64,000 bases of DNA from Callorhinchus milii (taxonomy: Eukaryota), in NCBI RefSeq assembly GCF_018977255.1, contig NW_024704743.1, positions 83,144,001-83,208,000 of the forward strand, in the 5' to 3' direction. Below the pieces are notes generated by a model that saw only the letters and a list, made by a program, of their open reading frames with translations, searched no databases and was not told the origin of the DNA. Both the position numbers and the translations under genes were made by a program. How positions within the stretch are numbered: position 1 is the stretch's first letter; each line of letters begins with the position of its first letter. Below are positions 1 to 13,164 of the stretch, piece by piece.

Positions 1-424
1 CTTGCATGACTCAGGAGGGGTATTTTCCTGTTTTGATCAGCTGATGACTCTGATTCTGGTTTTGAGCCACATTTCTACCAGTGTAGCTGACAGCTTGCAT
101 TACGTCCTTGATGTATGTTGACACTCACCAAAGACTATTAGTTAATTGTTACATCGACAAAAAGAGTATTAATGACTTGTAATGTGTACTTGCCATATTA
201 TTTTGCAGTAATCAGCTGTTGATTATTTCATGATAAACGCTCAGCGATTACATCACCACCGTTAATCCTTCTTCATACATCAATGACATGGAGTGTGCTG
301 GCTGCCCTCCACCACACTAACAGCTGCTGCAACAGCGCATCAAGCATAGAGTGCACGTTCCTCCCTTCACCACATCCTGAGATACCGCGCTCGTTTTACC
401 TGCCTCGGAAGTATAATAAAAGTC

Positions 425-821
425 ATAATCCTTGTGTTTGATATGGCACCTTTCGCATTGGAAGGGCATCTCAAAGTTAACAGGATTTACTGTAAAGTGT
501 GCTGACTTTAGCAGCCACTTTGTGCACAGCAATGTCCCACAGACAGCCAAGATGTGAATTGATCAATTTATCTGGTGGATTGTTGGTCAGGACACTGGGA
601 GAAACTCACCTCCTCTTTTTGAATAGTGCTACAGGATCTTTAACCTGAACAGGCAGACAAGGCTTTGTGTTTTTGTCTCATCCAAAGGATGGAACCTCTG
701 ATGTTGCACTGGAGTGTCAGCTTCATCTATGTCAGCTCAGAGCCTTGACGTGAGCTATGGAGTTTGAACGCACAACCTTCTGACTCAAGAGGCGAGTGTT
801 ACCAACTGGGCCAGGCTGACA
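425..821 (-). mobile_element. DeuSINE-like (SacSINE1-like) tRNA-SINE, near full length
   Basis: Reverse complement begins gtcagcctggcccagttggtaacactcgcctcttgagtcagaaggttgtg; central ...gttaaagatcc...gcactattc...; L2-type tail. Family name is from recalled similarity. Confidence 0.8.
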
Positions 822-1424
822 TAAGAGAAATGATTATAAAAGAGTACTTTTTATATATATATATTATACATGTACTTTAAAAAATACTTTTGCTTTGTAA
901 CAATTCAAGACCTTTGACACTATTCCAAAAGGGAAGGGAGCTCCTCCTGGTATCATGGCCAATAATCTTGCAGATAAAATTGGTCATTTGTTTCATGGCT
1001 GTTAGCAGAAAATTGTTGTGTGCAAATTGGCTGCCATGGTGGCTTACAGTTTCTACACTTTACAGTAATTCCCTTTGAAGCACGTAGGGGCATTTTGATC
1101 TATGAAGTGCTATATCAGATGTAAAAATAATTGTGCTTTCCCCTAATCCAGCTAAAACCACTCTCTGAGTTATAAGGATTGTGAGCATCCAAGTCCTTGG
1201 ATGGAGCGCTGTGAAAGAGAACTTGACCAGCCGTGATCTGTGCCTTCTTAAGTATCAATGATGGCTGCCTTGGCTCTTCTAACCTCATCCTACCTTTTCA
1301 AGAAGTGCATGTGAAACATGTACTAACTCGTATGTTAAACAAAGCCTTCTTAAGGAAAGAGTAATTTTCTTGAATATGTTACCTCTTAATTCTTGTTTTT
1401 CATTATCTCCTTTTCAATATTATG

Positions 1425-2247
1425 TCATCAGACCCTCCATACCTCGGGCACTGACAACATCTACCTCCATCGATGCACTCTACACGTCACGGAGCCAATA
1501 CGGAATCTCTGCGTCCTGTTCGACCCTCAACTGTCCTTCGTACCCCACATACATGTCATGTCCTGCTCCGCCTTTCCCCACCTCAGCAACACCGCTCAGC
1601 TCCACCATTGTCTCACACCGCAGGCCGCCGAGACCCTCATATATGCATTCATAACATCCAGGCTCGACTGCGCAAACTCCCTGCGCGCTGGTCTCCCCAA
1701 CTCCCCCATCCATAGGCTGCAGATCATCTAGAACTCTGCAGCTCATGTTCTCTCCCGCACCAGGCACAGTGACCCTATCAACCCCACCTCTCACCTGACT
1801 CCACTGGCTTCCCATTACTCAGAGGACACAGTTCAAGATCCTGGTCCTCACTGTCAAAGCCCTCCATGGCCTTGCTCCCCACTACGTCTACGACCTTCTA
1901 ACCCCGTAACAACCTGCCCGCTCCCTACACTCAGTGGGCTCCGGCCTGCTTCACATCCCCCACCTTGCCCGCCCCACCTTTGGGAGCCGGGTCTTCAGCC
2001 ACTCTGCCCCCACCCTCTGGAACTTCATCCCACAGTCCCTCCGCTTCGCACTCTCCCTTGCCTCCTTCAAGACGTGTCTCAAGACCCTCCTCTTCGACTG
2101 TGCCTTCGGTCACCCTTCTTCCCCCCTGCCCTCCACCCTCCCCGAACCTGACCCCCAGCTCGTGTCCGAAACACTGACTGTCCAGCACCTTCGCACGTCC
2201 TCCCGACGTGAAAGGCACTATACAAATGTAATTTTGTTGTTGTTGTT
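1425..2247 (+). mobile_element. L2-clade LINE, 5'-truncated ORF2 end + 3' UTR (subfamily A)
   Basis: Encodes IRNLCVLFDPQLSF...AAETLIYAFITSRLDCANSLRAGLP and RVFSHSAPTLWNFIP...FKTCLKTLLF, typical of L2 ORF2 C-termini, with stops and frameshifts; ends in (TTG)n. Confidence 0.9.
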
Positions 2248-3219
2248 TTAGATTCACAACTACTGCTCACCTTTCTTATTAAATCATTTTAAATAATGCC
2301 AGAGTAATATTTTTTGAGCAGCTTGAAAATGCGTACTGCCAAACATCACAAGATTAATTAATTATGCCATTATCTTTGCAGATACAGTCAAAAAAAATAA
2401 TACCGTTACACAAAGCTGAAGTGTATATTTTTCAAACCCACTATCTCCTTTGTAACTCAGGCAAAAGGATTTCTTGTAAATACACATTTCCGTCATTCAT
2501 CGCCAAATGAAACCTTTCAAAGCAATTTACATCATTGCTTCCTTGGGCTACAAACTAGAAAAACTGACCTTAATAAAATCGTATGATAAACCAAGGTATA
2601 ATCCCATTGAGATTCTTCTCCAATGTTTCACCCCTTTTTCCAATATGGAATGTGTACACTGACTGCAACAATGCAGGACTGCGCTGTGGTCAACAGAGAT
2701 TCAGAACGATGGTCTAACTAGCACTGCGCTCATGGGAAAATTCTTTGGTTGTTGCCATAAATTGATTTATTTTTTCCCTTCATGTGACACGGTATTCCAC
2801 TTCCTTCCAGATTGGCTATTATGTCAAGATTGTGACCTATTTCTTATGATAAAAATGGTTGGCATTATATTCAGTAGATTTTGTCCGTAACACCTGACCC
2901 TAAACCTCAGATCAGTTGTAAAAGAGAGGAGTTTACTTTGCTCCACCAATTTTCACTCTTCCACTCTTGAAGGCACCACCTCCATGGGGATTGCGCTCTC
3001 TTTGTGTGCCTAATGGCACCATCTCAATGCTGCAGGAAACCAACTGAAATGCTTGGATTATTATTATTAAATGCTGGGGTCCTCCTGACATGAAAGGCAC
3101 TATATCAATGTATTGTATTGTATTGTTTCCTCTACTTTTTAAATGAAAATCTGCTCCCATATCAGCAAATTAGATGTGGGATCAATTGGTCAAAATCCAA
3201 GATGCCGTCTGCGGCAGCC

Positions 3220-3397
3220 AAACTTCTCTCCCCACCTTTAAATCCCATCTGAAGACCTTCCTTTTTGATTGTGCTTATGGTCACCTTCCCCCTCCTTCTC
3301 CCCATTGGCTCATTGTCAGTCTCCGCCACTGTCAAGCGATCTGGGACGCTACCCGGTGTGAAGGGCGCTATATAAATGCCAGTTGTTGTTGTTGTTG
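3220..3397 (+). mobile_element. L2 3' end (subfamily B)
   Basis: FKSHLKTFLFDCAY motif and (TTG)n tail, similar to 13010-13164. Confidence 0.85.
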
Positions 3398-3499
3398 GAT
3401 TCAACATGGAAAAGGAGATGATTAACAAGTGAGTGAGCACTGGCACTAATCAAAGAGTGGGAAGAAATGTACGGCATTTCACAGCGTGTTCCTTGTAAG

Positions 3500-3745
3500 G
3501 GAACACATTATGAACCATCACAAATAGGTTTAGAGTTGTAAAGGGCAATTTCAGGACAGATATCAGCTAGTTTTTTCTTTACACAGAGAGTAATCAACAA
3601 CTGGAACAGGTTGTCATAACAGCTGGGAGAGGCCATGACACTAGATTCATTTAAAAAGCAGCTTGATGCAATGATGGGGTGGGTGAATGATGGGGGTCGG
3701 TAATAGTGAGTGTTCTGAAGAGCTGAGTTTGGATCTTATGATCCT
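3500..3745 (+). mobile_element. Old CR1-like 3' fragment; related copies at ~10125-10365 (+), ~52235-52465 (+), ~5735-5835 (-)
   Basis: Shared aaagggcaatttcaggac...tctttac(a/t)...ggattcattt...gcttgatg...gttctgga...gatc motifs; reads like the decayed CR1 FFTQRVIN.WN.L region. Confidence 0.65.
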
Positions 3746-4850
3746 GTGGATTTTCACCCCAATATTGGTAGCCGTTATCACAGATTACCCTAACATTCCT
3801 CCCTCGCAGGCAAAAGAAAAAGAATCAATTATCTAGCTTCTCCATGACCCAGGGACATCACCTCATTGTTTCCATTCCACACAACAGGCACCTTTGTTGT
3901 TTTTGTACATGTAGGTCCTGGTAGTTTCTCTTTCAGCTGAATACTGATGCTTAAGGTAAGCAGCAGCACCAAAACATGTCGGCTCCACACAGCCTGCCTG
4001 AGATTGATCTTGCCTGAGCTCAACAAAAGGTCCCTGCAATTGACTTTTACTAGAAGCTATTAAAAATAAATTGCAGCCATAAAGGAAGTCTGTACCCAGC
4101 TGCCCATATGTGATGGCACCAACCCAGAGAGTTTTTACTTTTAATACAGTACTATACTTTTTTGAAGGATGGAACATAAAACATACAAAAATGCATTTCC
4201 TGTATTCATTTATAGTTTTGGTGATGAACTAAAGTCCATAAAGCCCAATAAAAAGTATTAAAGGTATTCTTTACATTGAGATATGGTAATCATTAGTAAT
4301 TTGAATGAAAACTTGCATTTTTATAGCATCTAAAACGTCAAAATGTCTTAGCGTGCTTCAGAGTAATTACTGTCAAGTGTGGAGACCGATTACGTAGACA
4401 AATGTTGGAACCCAATTTACCACAAACATTTGTTTTTGGTCAGCTGACATACACTGAAACCAATGTTTAAGAGCATCCAAACTGTTGAGATGCATTTAGA
4501 CTGTTTAGACCCACATGAGCTAAGAATTTTCTGAAAAACACTAGGAAATCTTTCAAGGAAGGAACTACAAGATTTCTTTTAAGTTATATTGTAAAACCCA
4601 ATTTCATATATAATGGTGTTCCACTGAGATCCAGTGTCAGGCGTAATTTGTAAACATTGCCAAAACTGGCTGTATTGTGCCTTATACTGACCCATTTGAA
4701 GTCATCAGTGTGGTTTGATTGATCCATAAATAGCTTTAGCAGGTCACAAAAATGGAAAGCGGTGCCTGAACTAGGATATTAGTCTAAACGTCCTGTTGAG
4801 ACCTCAGCTTTCATTTTACCAGGGGTGCATTCCAAAATGACGATGAGGAA

Positions 4851-5285
4851 AATAATAATCCTTGCATTTGATAAACCACCTTTCACATTAGGAGTGTCTC
4901 AAAGCCCTCCGCAGGATTGACTGTAAAGTGCAGTGATCATATTCAATAAGTAAATCCGGCAGTCAACTTGCAGACAGCAATGTCCCACAAACAAACAGGA
5001 AGTAAATGACCAATTTTATCTGGGGAACTGTTGACCAGAACACTGAGGGAAACTCCATTATCTCTTTTGCAAAGTGTCATGGAATCTTTAATGTCCATTT
5101 GAACAGATAGACGGGACCTCACTTGAACCTCTCATAAGAAGGACAGCAACTCCAACAATGCAGCACTTCCCCAGGATTGCATTAGAGTTCACCTAGATTG
5201 TGAGTTCAAACTCTCAAAATGGGGCTTGGACCCACAAACTCCTGACTTAGAGGCGAAGGTGTTACCAACTGAACCAGGCTGACAC
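4851..5285 (-). mobile_element. DeuSINE-like SINE, full length
   Basis: Same head, body and tail as 425-821. Confidence 0.8.
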
Positions 5286-6769
5286 ATGCATTTCATTGAG
5301 CCTGTTCTACTATTTTATAAGAAACAAATGGACGATTTTTTAAACCATTCCCTGCCTGTGTATGTGTGTGTGTGTGTGTGGCTGCCTGCCTAATCTCTCT
5401 TTTAAACGTCCTGTACATTGATTCTGGATCTAGTTTTCTTCTTGTAACTTCAATAAACATCAATAACAAGGCCTTTAGTTCAGTGACGCCGGTAATTGTA
5501 TCAGGATTTCTGATCGAGTTTCCAATTCTGTGATGAGGATTCACTCACTCTGGGAGCTGGAATGAGACGACTGCCCACAATTCACTTCATATACAAGCTT
5601 TACGGGAGGTGTTATTCCCATTGGTTAGTCTGGATTGCAATTAAGGTCATTGAAGTGCAAGGGCATATTATGCTCTCTAAACCTTACATCACTTCTGGGA
5701 GACTGACAGATTTCCCAAGGTGCCTCCCGAACGAAAGATCATAAGAGTGGTTTGGATGAAGAAGATCCTTCGACCCATTTGATTTCATCCTTCCAGAATA
5801 ACCCACCCTTACCGTCCTCCCATCACTACATGATGGAAATCCCTTAGGGTACCATCTTGCACTGGAAGATTTTTTTTAAAAAGCAAAATAAATGCATTTG
5901 CTTCTCTGAATATTGTAGCTCTGAGGCAGCGTCGACCAAAGGAAACAAAGTGTGCCGGGTGAGATGAAGGAAAGTACAAAGGAAACGGCTGCTGAGAGCT
6001 TGAAATCTCTACGGCCATGTTAACAGTAGTTCTCTGCTGTGTTTGACCAGCCGCCCGCCCTCTGCTGTTGGGATTCACCTCAATGACACGTCCCTGAGGC
6101 ATGTCGTGGGCTGGCAGTTCAGTCCAATCCAGTTCAGCCTCTGGTGTGGGGCAAAATCAAACGCTCCATTACACATTCCCCAGAACTATCCCGGGGGGAG
6201 CTGTCTCTGGGGACCAAGAGGAGGAGAGGGAAAGGGAATAATTGGGGAAACAAAAAGCGAGATGGAGAAAGAGAAAAAAGACCAGAAAAAGACACAAAAA
6301 ACAGTCAACAGAGAGGGAATTGAAAGAAAATAAGCAAAGATAAAATATGCTCTGAAAGATTGGGGGAGGGGAAGGGGTTAGCAGGGAATCATTCTGACAC
6401 AGAGACAGAGAGAATAGTTATGTGTAGTACAGAGTAGTACAATAATGCAGTGAGACTACCTGAACTGAAGATCGCAGAGATAGATTATGACCATGACAGT
6501 GGTGCTTCATCCCCAGCATCAGCCACCCTTGCCCCTTCTTCCTCTGTAAAATGCAGCAACGGTGGCCTGCTGTAGTACCTCTCCCATCAAGTGGTTGTTG
6601 TTAACTGCAGGATGGCAGGTAACAACAACAACTTCTGCCCCATTTTCTGGGACCCATCCAGAATCCCTCTGCCTAACTCCACCCTCCACTCGCCCCAGTT
6701 AATCCAGTCTGTATCCTCTCCTGAACACGGCTCTGTATTCCCATCATCCCTTTCCTCTCCAGGCTCCAT

Positions 6770-7135
6770 CCCCCACTGGATTGACTCAAGATCCTCTTAC
6801 TGATTTTTAAATACCTTCATGTACTTGTCCCACCCTAACTTTGCAAACTCTTCCAGCCTCTCCTTTCTCTCCGCACCCTTCGGCTTGCTGCACCTCTTAC
6901 ACGCCCCCAGTCTGGAACTCCCACCCAAAATCTTTCCACGTCACCACCTTTCTCTCTCTCTCTCTGTCTTCAAAACCCTTGTCAAAATCTTACCTCTCTG
7001 ATTGTGCCTTCTGTCGCTTTCCCCATACCCCCCTTCTTCCCATCAAGCTCGGTGTCCCGAGCTATCCATGTAAATCACTTCAAGCCGTTTTCCTACATGA
7101 AAGGGACCACATAAGTGCAAATTCTCGTCATTGTT
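6770..7135 (+). mobile_element. Degenerate L2 3' fragment
   Basis: ccactggattgactcaagatcctc ... ctggaactccc ... ttcaaaacc ... gattgtgccttc resembles the other L2 copies. Confidence 0.65.
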
Positions 7136-7881
7136 AAAATAAATCACATGATTTACAGTGTGGCACACTGGAAGGCTCCTGCGCACAGCACTCAAGACGC
7201 AGAATCCTCCTGGTGTTGTGCCTGTTTTACCAACTGCTGGAATTGGAATAGTCAGTTTCCTGCTTGCGGGAAGTGATGTCAGCGGTGACCATTTGTATAG
7301 CCGCCTCATTATAAGGGTCTGAGTTTGATAATCTAAACCATTGCGTTATAACCGGGGTCAGCATGTACTGTATCTATAAATTTAGGTATTATAGACAGCT
7401 CCTATTTTTCATAGTTTGTGTCACTTAAGTGTGTTCCAATTACTGTAACCAGATGCTTCATATGGGTGTTTAGTTGTTTTTAAATTGAGTATCCCCTCAT
7501 TCATTCTATGGGCTCATTCTGCTAAGTGTATAATAGCAGGGGTAATTTTAATTTTAATTTAAGGTCCACATACACAATGCACATTTAAGTAATGGATTAA
7601 TAGCTTCATTCTCACCTTTCAAATGCCAATCTGATAATTGTTTGTCTAAATAGGTCCATTTAACACCTCATTATTCATGAACTACCAGCCTCCAGACCTG
7701 TGCTGCACAACAGAAGGCCTGTGAGCTGAATCCGGATCACTTGATTGTTTCGACCAGTCCACAGTGGAGGTTTTAGATTCTGAACTGCCGGCCCACAAGT
7801 GCTCCTTAAAAACTATTACACTATTAAATGAAGTCACATGATTTACAGTGTGGCACACTGGAACAGTTCAGGAGCCTTCCA

Positions 7882-8212
7882 GTGGAGTCCTGTAGTTCAG
7901 TGGTTAGAGCACTCGCCTCACAAACGAGAGACCTGGGTTCGATTCCCGGCAGGGCGAAACCTTGGGCCAGTTTCCTTATTCCACACAACTGATAATAAAC
8001 CCTCAAGAAAAAAACAATAATAAATTGTTCACTTCAATCCACAACTGTTTTTGGGACACTGTTGTGAGCAATTGGCTGCCGCGTTTCGCCCACAAATAAC
8101 AGCAATTCACTTTACAGTATATTCTGTGAAGCGCTTTGAGACGTCTCAAAGATGTGAAAAGCACTATATCAAATAAAAGCACTATATCAAACAAGGATGA
8201 TTATTATTATTA
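7882..8212 (+). mobile_element. Younger tRNA-derived SINE, short form
   Basis: gtggagtcctgtagttcagtggttagagcactcgcctcacaaacgagagacctgggttcgattccc (pol III A and B boxes), shared 3' half, (TTA)n tail. Confidence 0.9.
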
Positions 8213-9676
8213 ACTATTCAATGATTGAGAACAATATTCAAAAGCAAATAGAAAATATGTGAGAATGTGTTTTTTTAATCAAAAGGATGATAGACAGACA
8301 AGAAGACTATCGAAACGGGTGGTCAGACAAAGAGTGGCAATTGTGGCGTTATTCCTCAAATGTTTTTAGCAGTTCAAAATCTAAAAATGTTTCTGTTACC
8401 TATGTGAATCTGAATAAATACTCAAGCATTTGTAGAACTGAAGAAGTGTTATGACATTATTGATATATCAGTTGCAAAAATTGCAGTATTTATTCAAATT
8501 TAGGAACATGACTTGCCCCTATCAACAATGGTTCTGCCAGCCAACCTTGTTCTAACATATCTCCTTATAATGCAGGCTGACTATAGCAGGTGACTATAAT
8601 GGGGTATGCATCCCAATAGTTACAATGCACTACAATTGATAGAATTTTCATTTACAATAATAATAATATAATAATAAATAATCTTTGCATTTGATATAGC
8701 ACTTTTCACGTCTTCTAGACGTTTCAAAGCGCTTTACAGAATTTGCTGTAAAGTGAATTGGCTGTATATTTGTGGGCGAAACGCCTTTCACATCTGGGAG
8801 ATGTGTCTCAGAGCTTTACTTACCAAAAAATAAAATACAGACCGAAAGCCAGTTCCACAGAATATATATCATCCAGTGTATAACTTGAAAAATAACAAGG
8901 TTATAACATGGTTGTAGAACCTTATCATTTAAAGCATAGTGGTCATTTGATTCATTATGCCTGTGCTGATGGAACCATCCATTTAGTTCAATTTTCGTGT
9001 CTTTTCCCCATATCCTGCTTATAGACATGTGGGTAGAAATTCCACCCAAGTCTAAAATTGCTTCATTAACATAACATTTCAGAGTGTGCAGAAGTTGGCA
9101 GTTTGTTTATTTCAGTTTTAGCTTTCAAGACCATTTTCTGTAATTTCTTAAAAAGAACTTACAGAGAAACCAACTTCAAAATTAAAGACTGTATTTGAGG
9201 TTTTAATAAATGTTGATTGCTCAGAAATGCTACGTAAATAAAGTAAATCTAGACCCAGTTAGAATTTCTATCCAGTGAAAATGGATTTGGTGTGATGACA
9301 TTACACAAGCTATGTATGGGCAGAGGTTTAATGCTCATTTTCCTGACTAGCCGCTACTTAAATGATGGTAATAAAAGTAGTGGCAGACTTCAATGATAGC
9401 GATTAATGAGTCAATGTGTTAGGACTGAAGTGAATTTTGTAGACAAATATGTCAATCATTTTGTGCACAGCAAGGTCCCACAAACAGCCATGAAGTGTAT
9501 GATCAATTAATCTGAAAATTATTGGTCAGAAACTTCCTTTTATTTTGAAAAGTTCCATGTAATATTCACCTGAACAAGCAGATGGAACCTTGGTTTAACA
9601 TCTCACTTGAAGCATGACGATTCCCCTAGTGCTGACCTCAGTCTAGACTGTGAGCTCATGTCCCAACATGGCTCAT

Positions 9677-10026
9677 GTGGAGTCCTATAGTTCAGTGGTT
9701 AGAGCACTTACCTCGCAAGCGAGAGACCTGGGTTCGATTCCCGGCAGGGCGAAAAGCTGGGCAAGTATCCTTACTCTACATGCCTCTGTTTACCTAGCAG
9801 TACCAGTTGTTATTCGATTGACGGATTGCTTTTCTGGGGGTAATAATTCCTTAAACAAATTGGTCACTTCAATCCACGACTGTTTGTGGGACATTGCTGT
9901 GCGTAATTGGCTGCCACGCCCACACAATATACCGTCCATTCACTTCACAGTATATTCTGTGAAGCACTTTGAGACGTCTCGAAGACCTGATACGGCGCTA
10001 CATTAAATGCAAGGATTATTATTATT
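9677..10026 (+). mobile_element. Younger tRNA-derived SINE, long form
   Basis: Same head; includes the internal ctgtttacctagcagta...cgattgacggattgcttttctggggg segment. Confidence 0.9.
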
Positions 10027-11754
10027 TCAGTGTATGATTGGATCTCCTTCCTCATATTCTGGCCTATCACATTTGATGATATGTTACATTTACTTTACGC
10101 TTTGCTCTTTGAGACTGTTGAACAAGAGGACACAGGTTTTGGTTTGCAAAGGGCAATTCAAGACAGTCACTTGAAAATATTTATTTACCCAGATGGTAAT
10201 TATTGACTGAAACACGTTATCAGGATGGGTGGTTTAGGCCAGCATGTTGGACTCATATAAAAAGCTTGGTGCTGCATTGAGACAACAGTAGGGTGGGTAT
10301 TCTGGAAGGATGTAATCAAATGGGCTGAAGGGCCTTTGTTACCCAACTGATTTTGTGATCTTATGAAGAGGCCATGCATGAACAACGTCAGACAAGCGGT
10401 AGAGTTTTGGAGACATCCAGTAATAGTTTAAAAATTGCAGATATTCTGTTGCTGCAATACATGCATCAAAGATTGAGCAAGCATGTAATTTTGGGTTTGT
10501 CTCGGACAATAGAAAGCCTGGCTCAGTTGGTCGCTTAATCCATGACTGTTTGTGGGATACTGCTGTACGTAATTGGCTGCCGCGTTTCGCCCACAAAATA
10601 TACAGTCAATTCACTTTACAGTATATTCTGTGAAGTGCTTTGAGACGTCTCCAAAATGTGATAAGGATCTATATCAAATGCAAGGATTATTATTATAGTG
10701 TCACAAATGCAATCGTGTCTATATAATTTACAGTTGGACATTTCTCGCTTGGGTAGAAATGAATATTGATGCCACTGGCCTTTCAGACAAAGGAGTTCCA
10801 TCTGGTAGCAATGGCTCAGCCATTCTAAAGAAGGCCACCTCCGAGCAGCAGATTGGGGTTAGATTACGTGGCTTATATGTAGTAAAAGCACCATGCAAAC
10901 TTGATAGGTTGAATGTCCTGTTTCCTCACTATAGTATTTTCTGATTTCAGGCCCAACCTGCAACAGCAGGAGTGCCATTACTAGTGGAGTCACAGAGTGT
11001 CAACCGGGGATTACTTTATGTGGGGAAGCACCATGCGTCTGCTTGCTGCCTGTCCTTAGGGCATTGAGATCAGGAACTCAGCATGTGGTGAATCACAGAC
11101 ATGAGCCAGCACCTTCCCTGTCTGTGGCACGAGCTACAGGAAATCCAGTGCTCTGTGCCAGCCAAAGCACTCTGAATAGCACCGTCATTGCAAATATCAA
11201 CCAGTGGTTTTGCAAGTGAATTACCTTTGTCCTATATCATGCTACATTTGTGGATTTCTTATATTGATACATCTAATGAACGTACAAAATTTGGAAAACC
11301 AACATTTACTTTAGCATTTTAATGTAATGGGCAGACAGGAACTGAAGAGCTTTCCTATGTCTTTCTATATCTATTGGTGTACTGAGTACTTTCCAACAAA
11401 GGACAACTGCACTATGTAACAAAACAACTGGATAGCGGGGAGGACTTGGCAGGACCGTTGTCTAGCCAGGGAGTTCAGATGATGTCATAAACCTCAACAG
11501 CAAGACATGGAACAGGTTGTATCTGTCATCTGAACCTTGAAATTGAATTACAGCCTTGAAATCACTTTCCTTAGTTGCTATTTATGATATCTTGCAAATT
11601 TTTGTGTCACTGCATTTTTTAATCTTGCTGTTTTTGGATCTGGCTCTGAGTTCAGAAACAGCAGACAGGCTGCAGGACAGTTGTTGGCAACTTATTGGTT
11701 TCTGTTTCCAGCACGCTCATTACAAACACTGCTCTCCTAGTGATGATGAAACGC

Positions 11755-12120
11755 GGGTTGACTGTCTGTGCTGAGTTAGCTGATCTCAGCCAGGGCAGCT
11801 GTAGGGATGTTATAATTCATCTCGCTACCCCTGGGCTAGGGAGAGAGAAAAATCAACCAGGTTCATACCACTGATCACTTTCCAGTGACCCTCTGCTAGA
11901 AACGTGATAGTGTGGATGTCAGTGAGAACAGGATCCAGTACAGCTGCGATGCCCCCCCACCCCCCCACACCATTCGCTTGCCAAAATTCACTACCTAGTT
12001 TTACACATGAAGACTAGTCATTTGGATGAATAACCAGAGCTGCAAGCACATGTGGTACTGTTCTCCTGCTTTGGGGCTGGTGGGAGAGGGATAGAGCGGT
12101 GATAAAATTAGTGGAAAAAA
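11755..12120 (+). mobile_element. Third, highly diverged SINE-like family (unnamed here); copies at ~29380-29720 (+), 55310-55550 (+), 57130-57375 (-), 59310-59580 (+)
   Basis: Recurrent motifs gtgctgagttagctgatctc...caattggcctc...ctgggctaggga...aaatcagccaggg...gtgtggacgtc...ctgtgatgcccc across five loci. Confidence 0.7.
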
Positions 12121-12264
12121 ATCACTGCTGACCCTTGCAAATTTATTTAATGTTCTACTACACATAGATTTTGAATCGAATATCAGGCTTTAGTATTCTC
12201 TTCCAGGTTTATCTGGTAATGGACAGCAGAAAGTAGTGCTGTCCGATGTTCGCAGAAGATCTGA

Positions 12265-13164
12265 ATATTTTGCGCTCATCCAGTCTGCTGATGTCCTGTT
12301 GGCTTGTTTGATGGACATCAAGGACTGGTTAAGTGCAAATTTCCTGTAACTGAATGTTGGCAAGACAGAAGCCATACTCTTTGACTCCCATTAACGTGTT
12401 TTCTCCTGTGGGTCTGAAACCCTCAACCTCCCCGGGCTCTCCCTCAGACTCACCGAACCTGTCCGCAACTTAGGTGTCAGGTTCGAAACACAGCTTTCCT
12501 TTCTACCCCACATCCGTTCCCTGACCAGGAATGCTTTTTTCCACCTCCATCACATTACCCGCCTCTGACTGTACCTCACATCCAAAGCAGCCAAAACCCT
12601 CGTCCATGCTTTTGTTACTTCCCAGCTGGACTATTCCAATGCCCTCCTAGCTGGTCTCCCCAGCTCCACCATACACATAATATAATTGATTCAAAACTCT
12701 GCGTCCGGAACTTACCCGCACAAAACTTCGTACCCCCATCACACCAGTCCTTGCCAGGCTCCACTGGTTCCCAATGCCTGAACGGATCGATTTCAAGATC
12801 CTCTCACTCGTTTTCAAATCCCTTCATGCCCTCGCACCTCGCTAACAGGTGCGACCTGCTTACCCCCCACTCCACCACCTGCTGCCTCCGCTCGGCTGCC
12901 TCTTGCCTCCTGTTTGTCCCCCGTCCCCTCCGCACCACCATCAGCCACTACACCCCAAAACTCTGGAACTATCTCCCTCAATCCCTTCGCCTTACCCCCT
13001 CCCTCCGTACTTTCAAATCCCACCTCAAGACCTTCCTTTTTGATCTTGCTTACGGTCACCTTCCCCCTCCCTCTGCCCTTGGCTCGGGGTCAGACTCCGC
13101 CATTGTCAAGTGCTGCGGAACGCTACCCCGTGTGAAGGGTGCTATAACAATGCAAGTTGTTGTT
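12265..13164 (+). mobile_element. L2-clade LINE 3' fragment (subfamily B)
   Basis: Decayed L2 ORF2 C-terminus (...TISHYTPKLWNYLPQSLR...FKSHLKTFLFDLAY); tail ...gtgaagggtgctataacaatgcaagttgttg. Confidence 0.9.

Noticed and set aside
3829..4177. Minus-strand ORFs as PTGR3 exon 2
   Set aside because: No similarity to the expected FVGVNASD / AAGGTG segments and far too short.
6116..6136. AGTTCA direct repeat as a retinoic acid response element
   Set aside because: Spacer is 9 nt, not DR1, DR2 or DR5.
7144..7863. CRISPR-like palindromic 30-bp repeat
   Set aside because: Only two copies 690 bp apart in vertebrate intronic DNA, with no spacer periodicity or cas genes.
7884..7957. tRNA-Val/Ala-like genes (also near 9679, 38767, 59750)
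   Set aside because: Each continues into a shared SINE body and (TTA)n tail; they are SINE heads, not tRNA genes.
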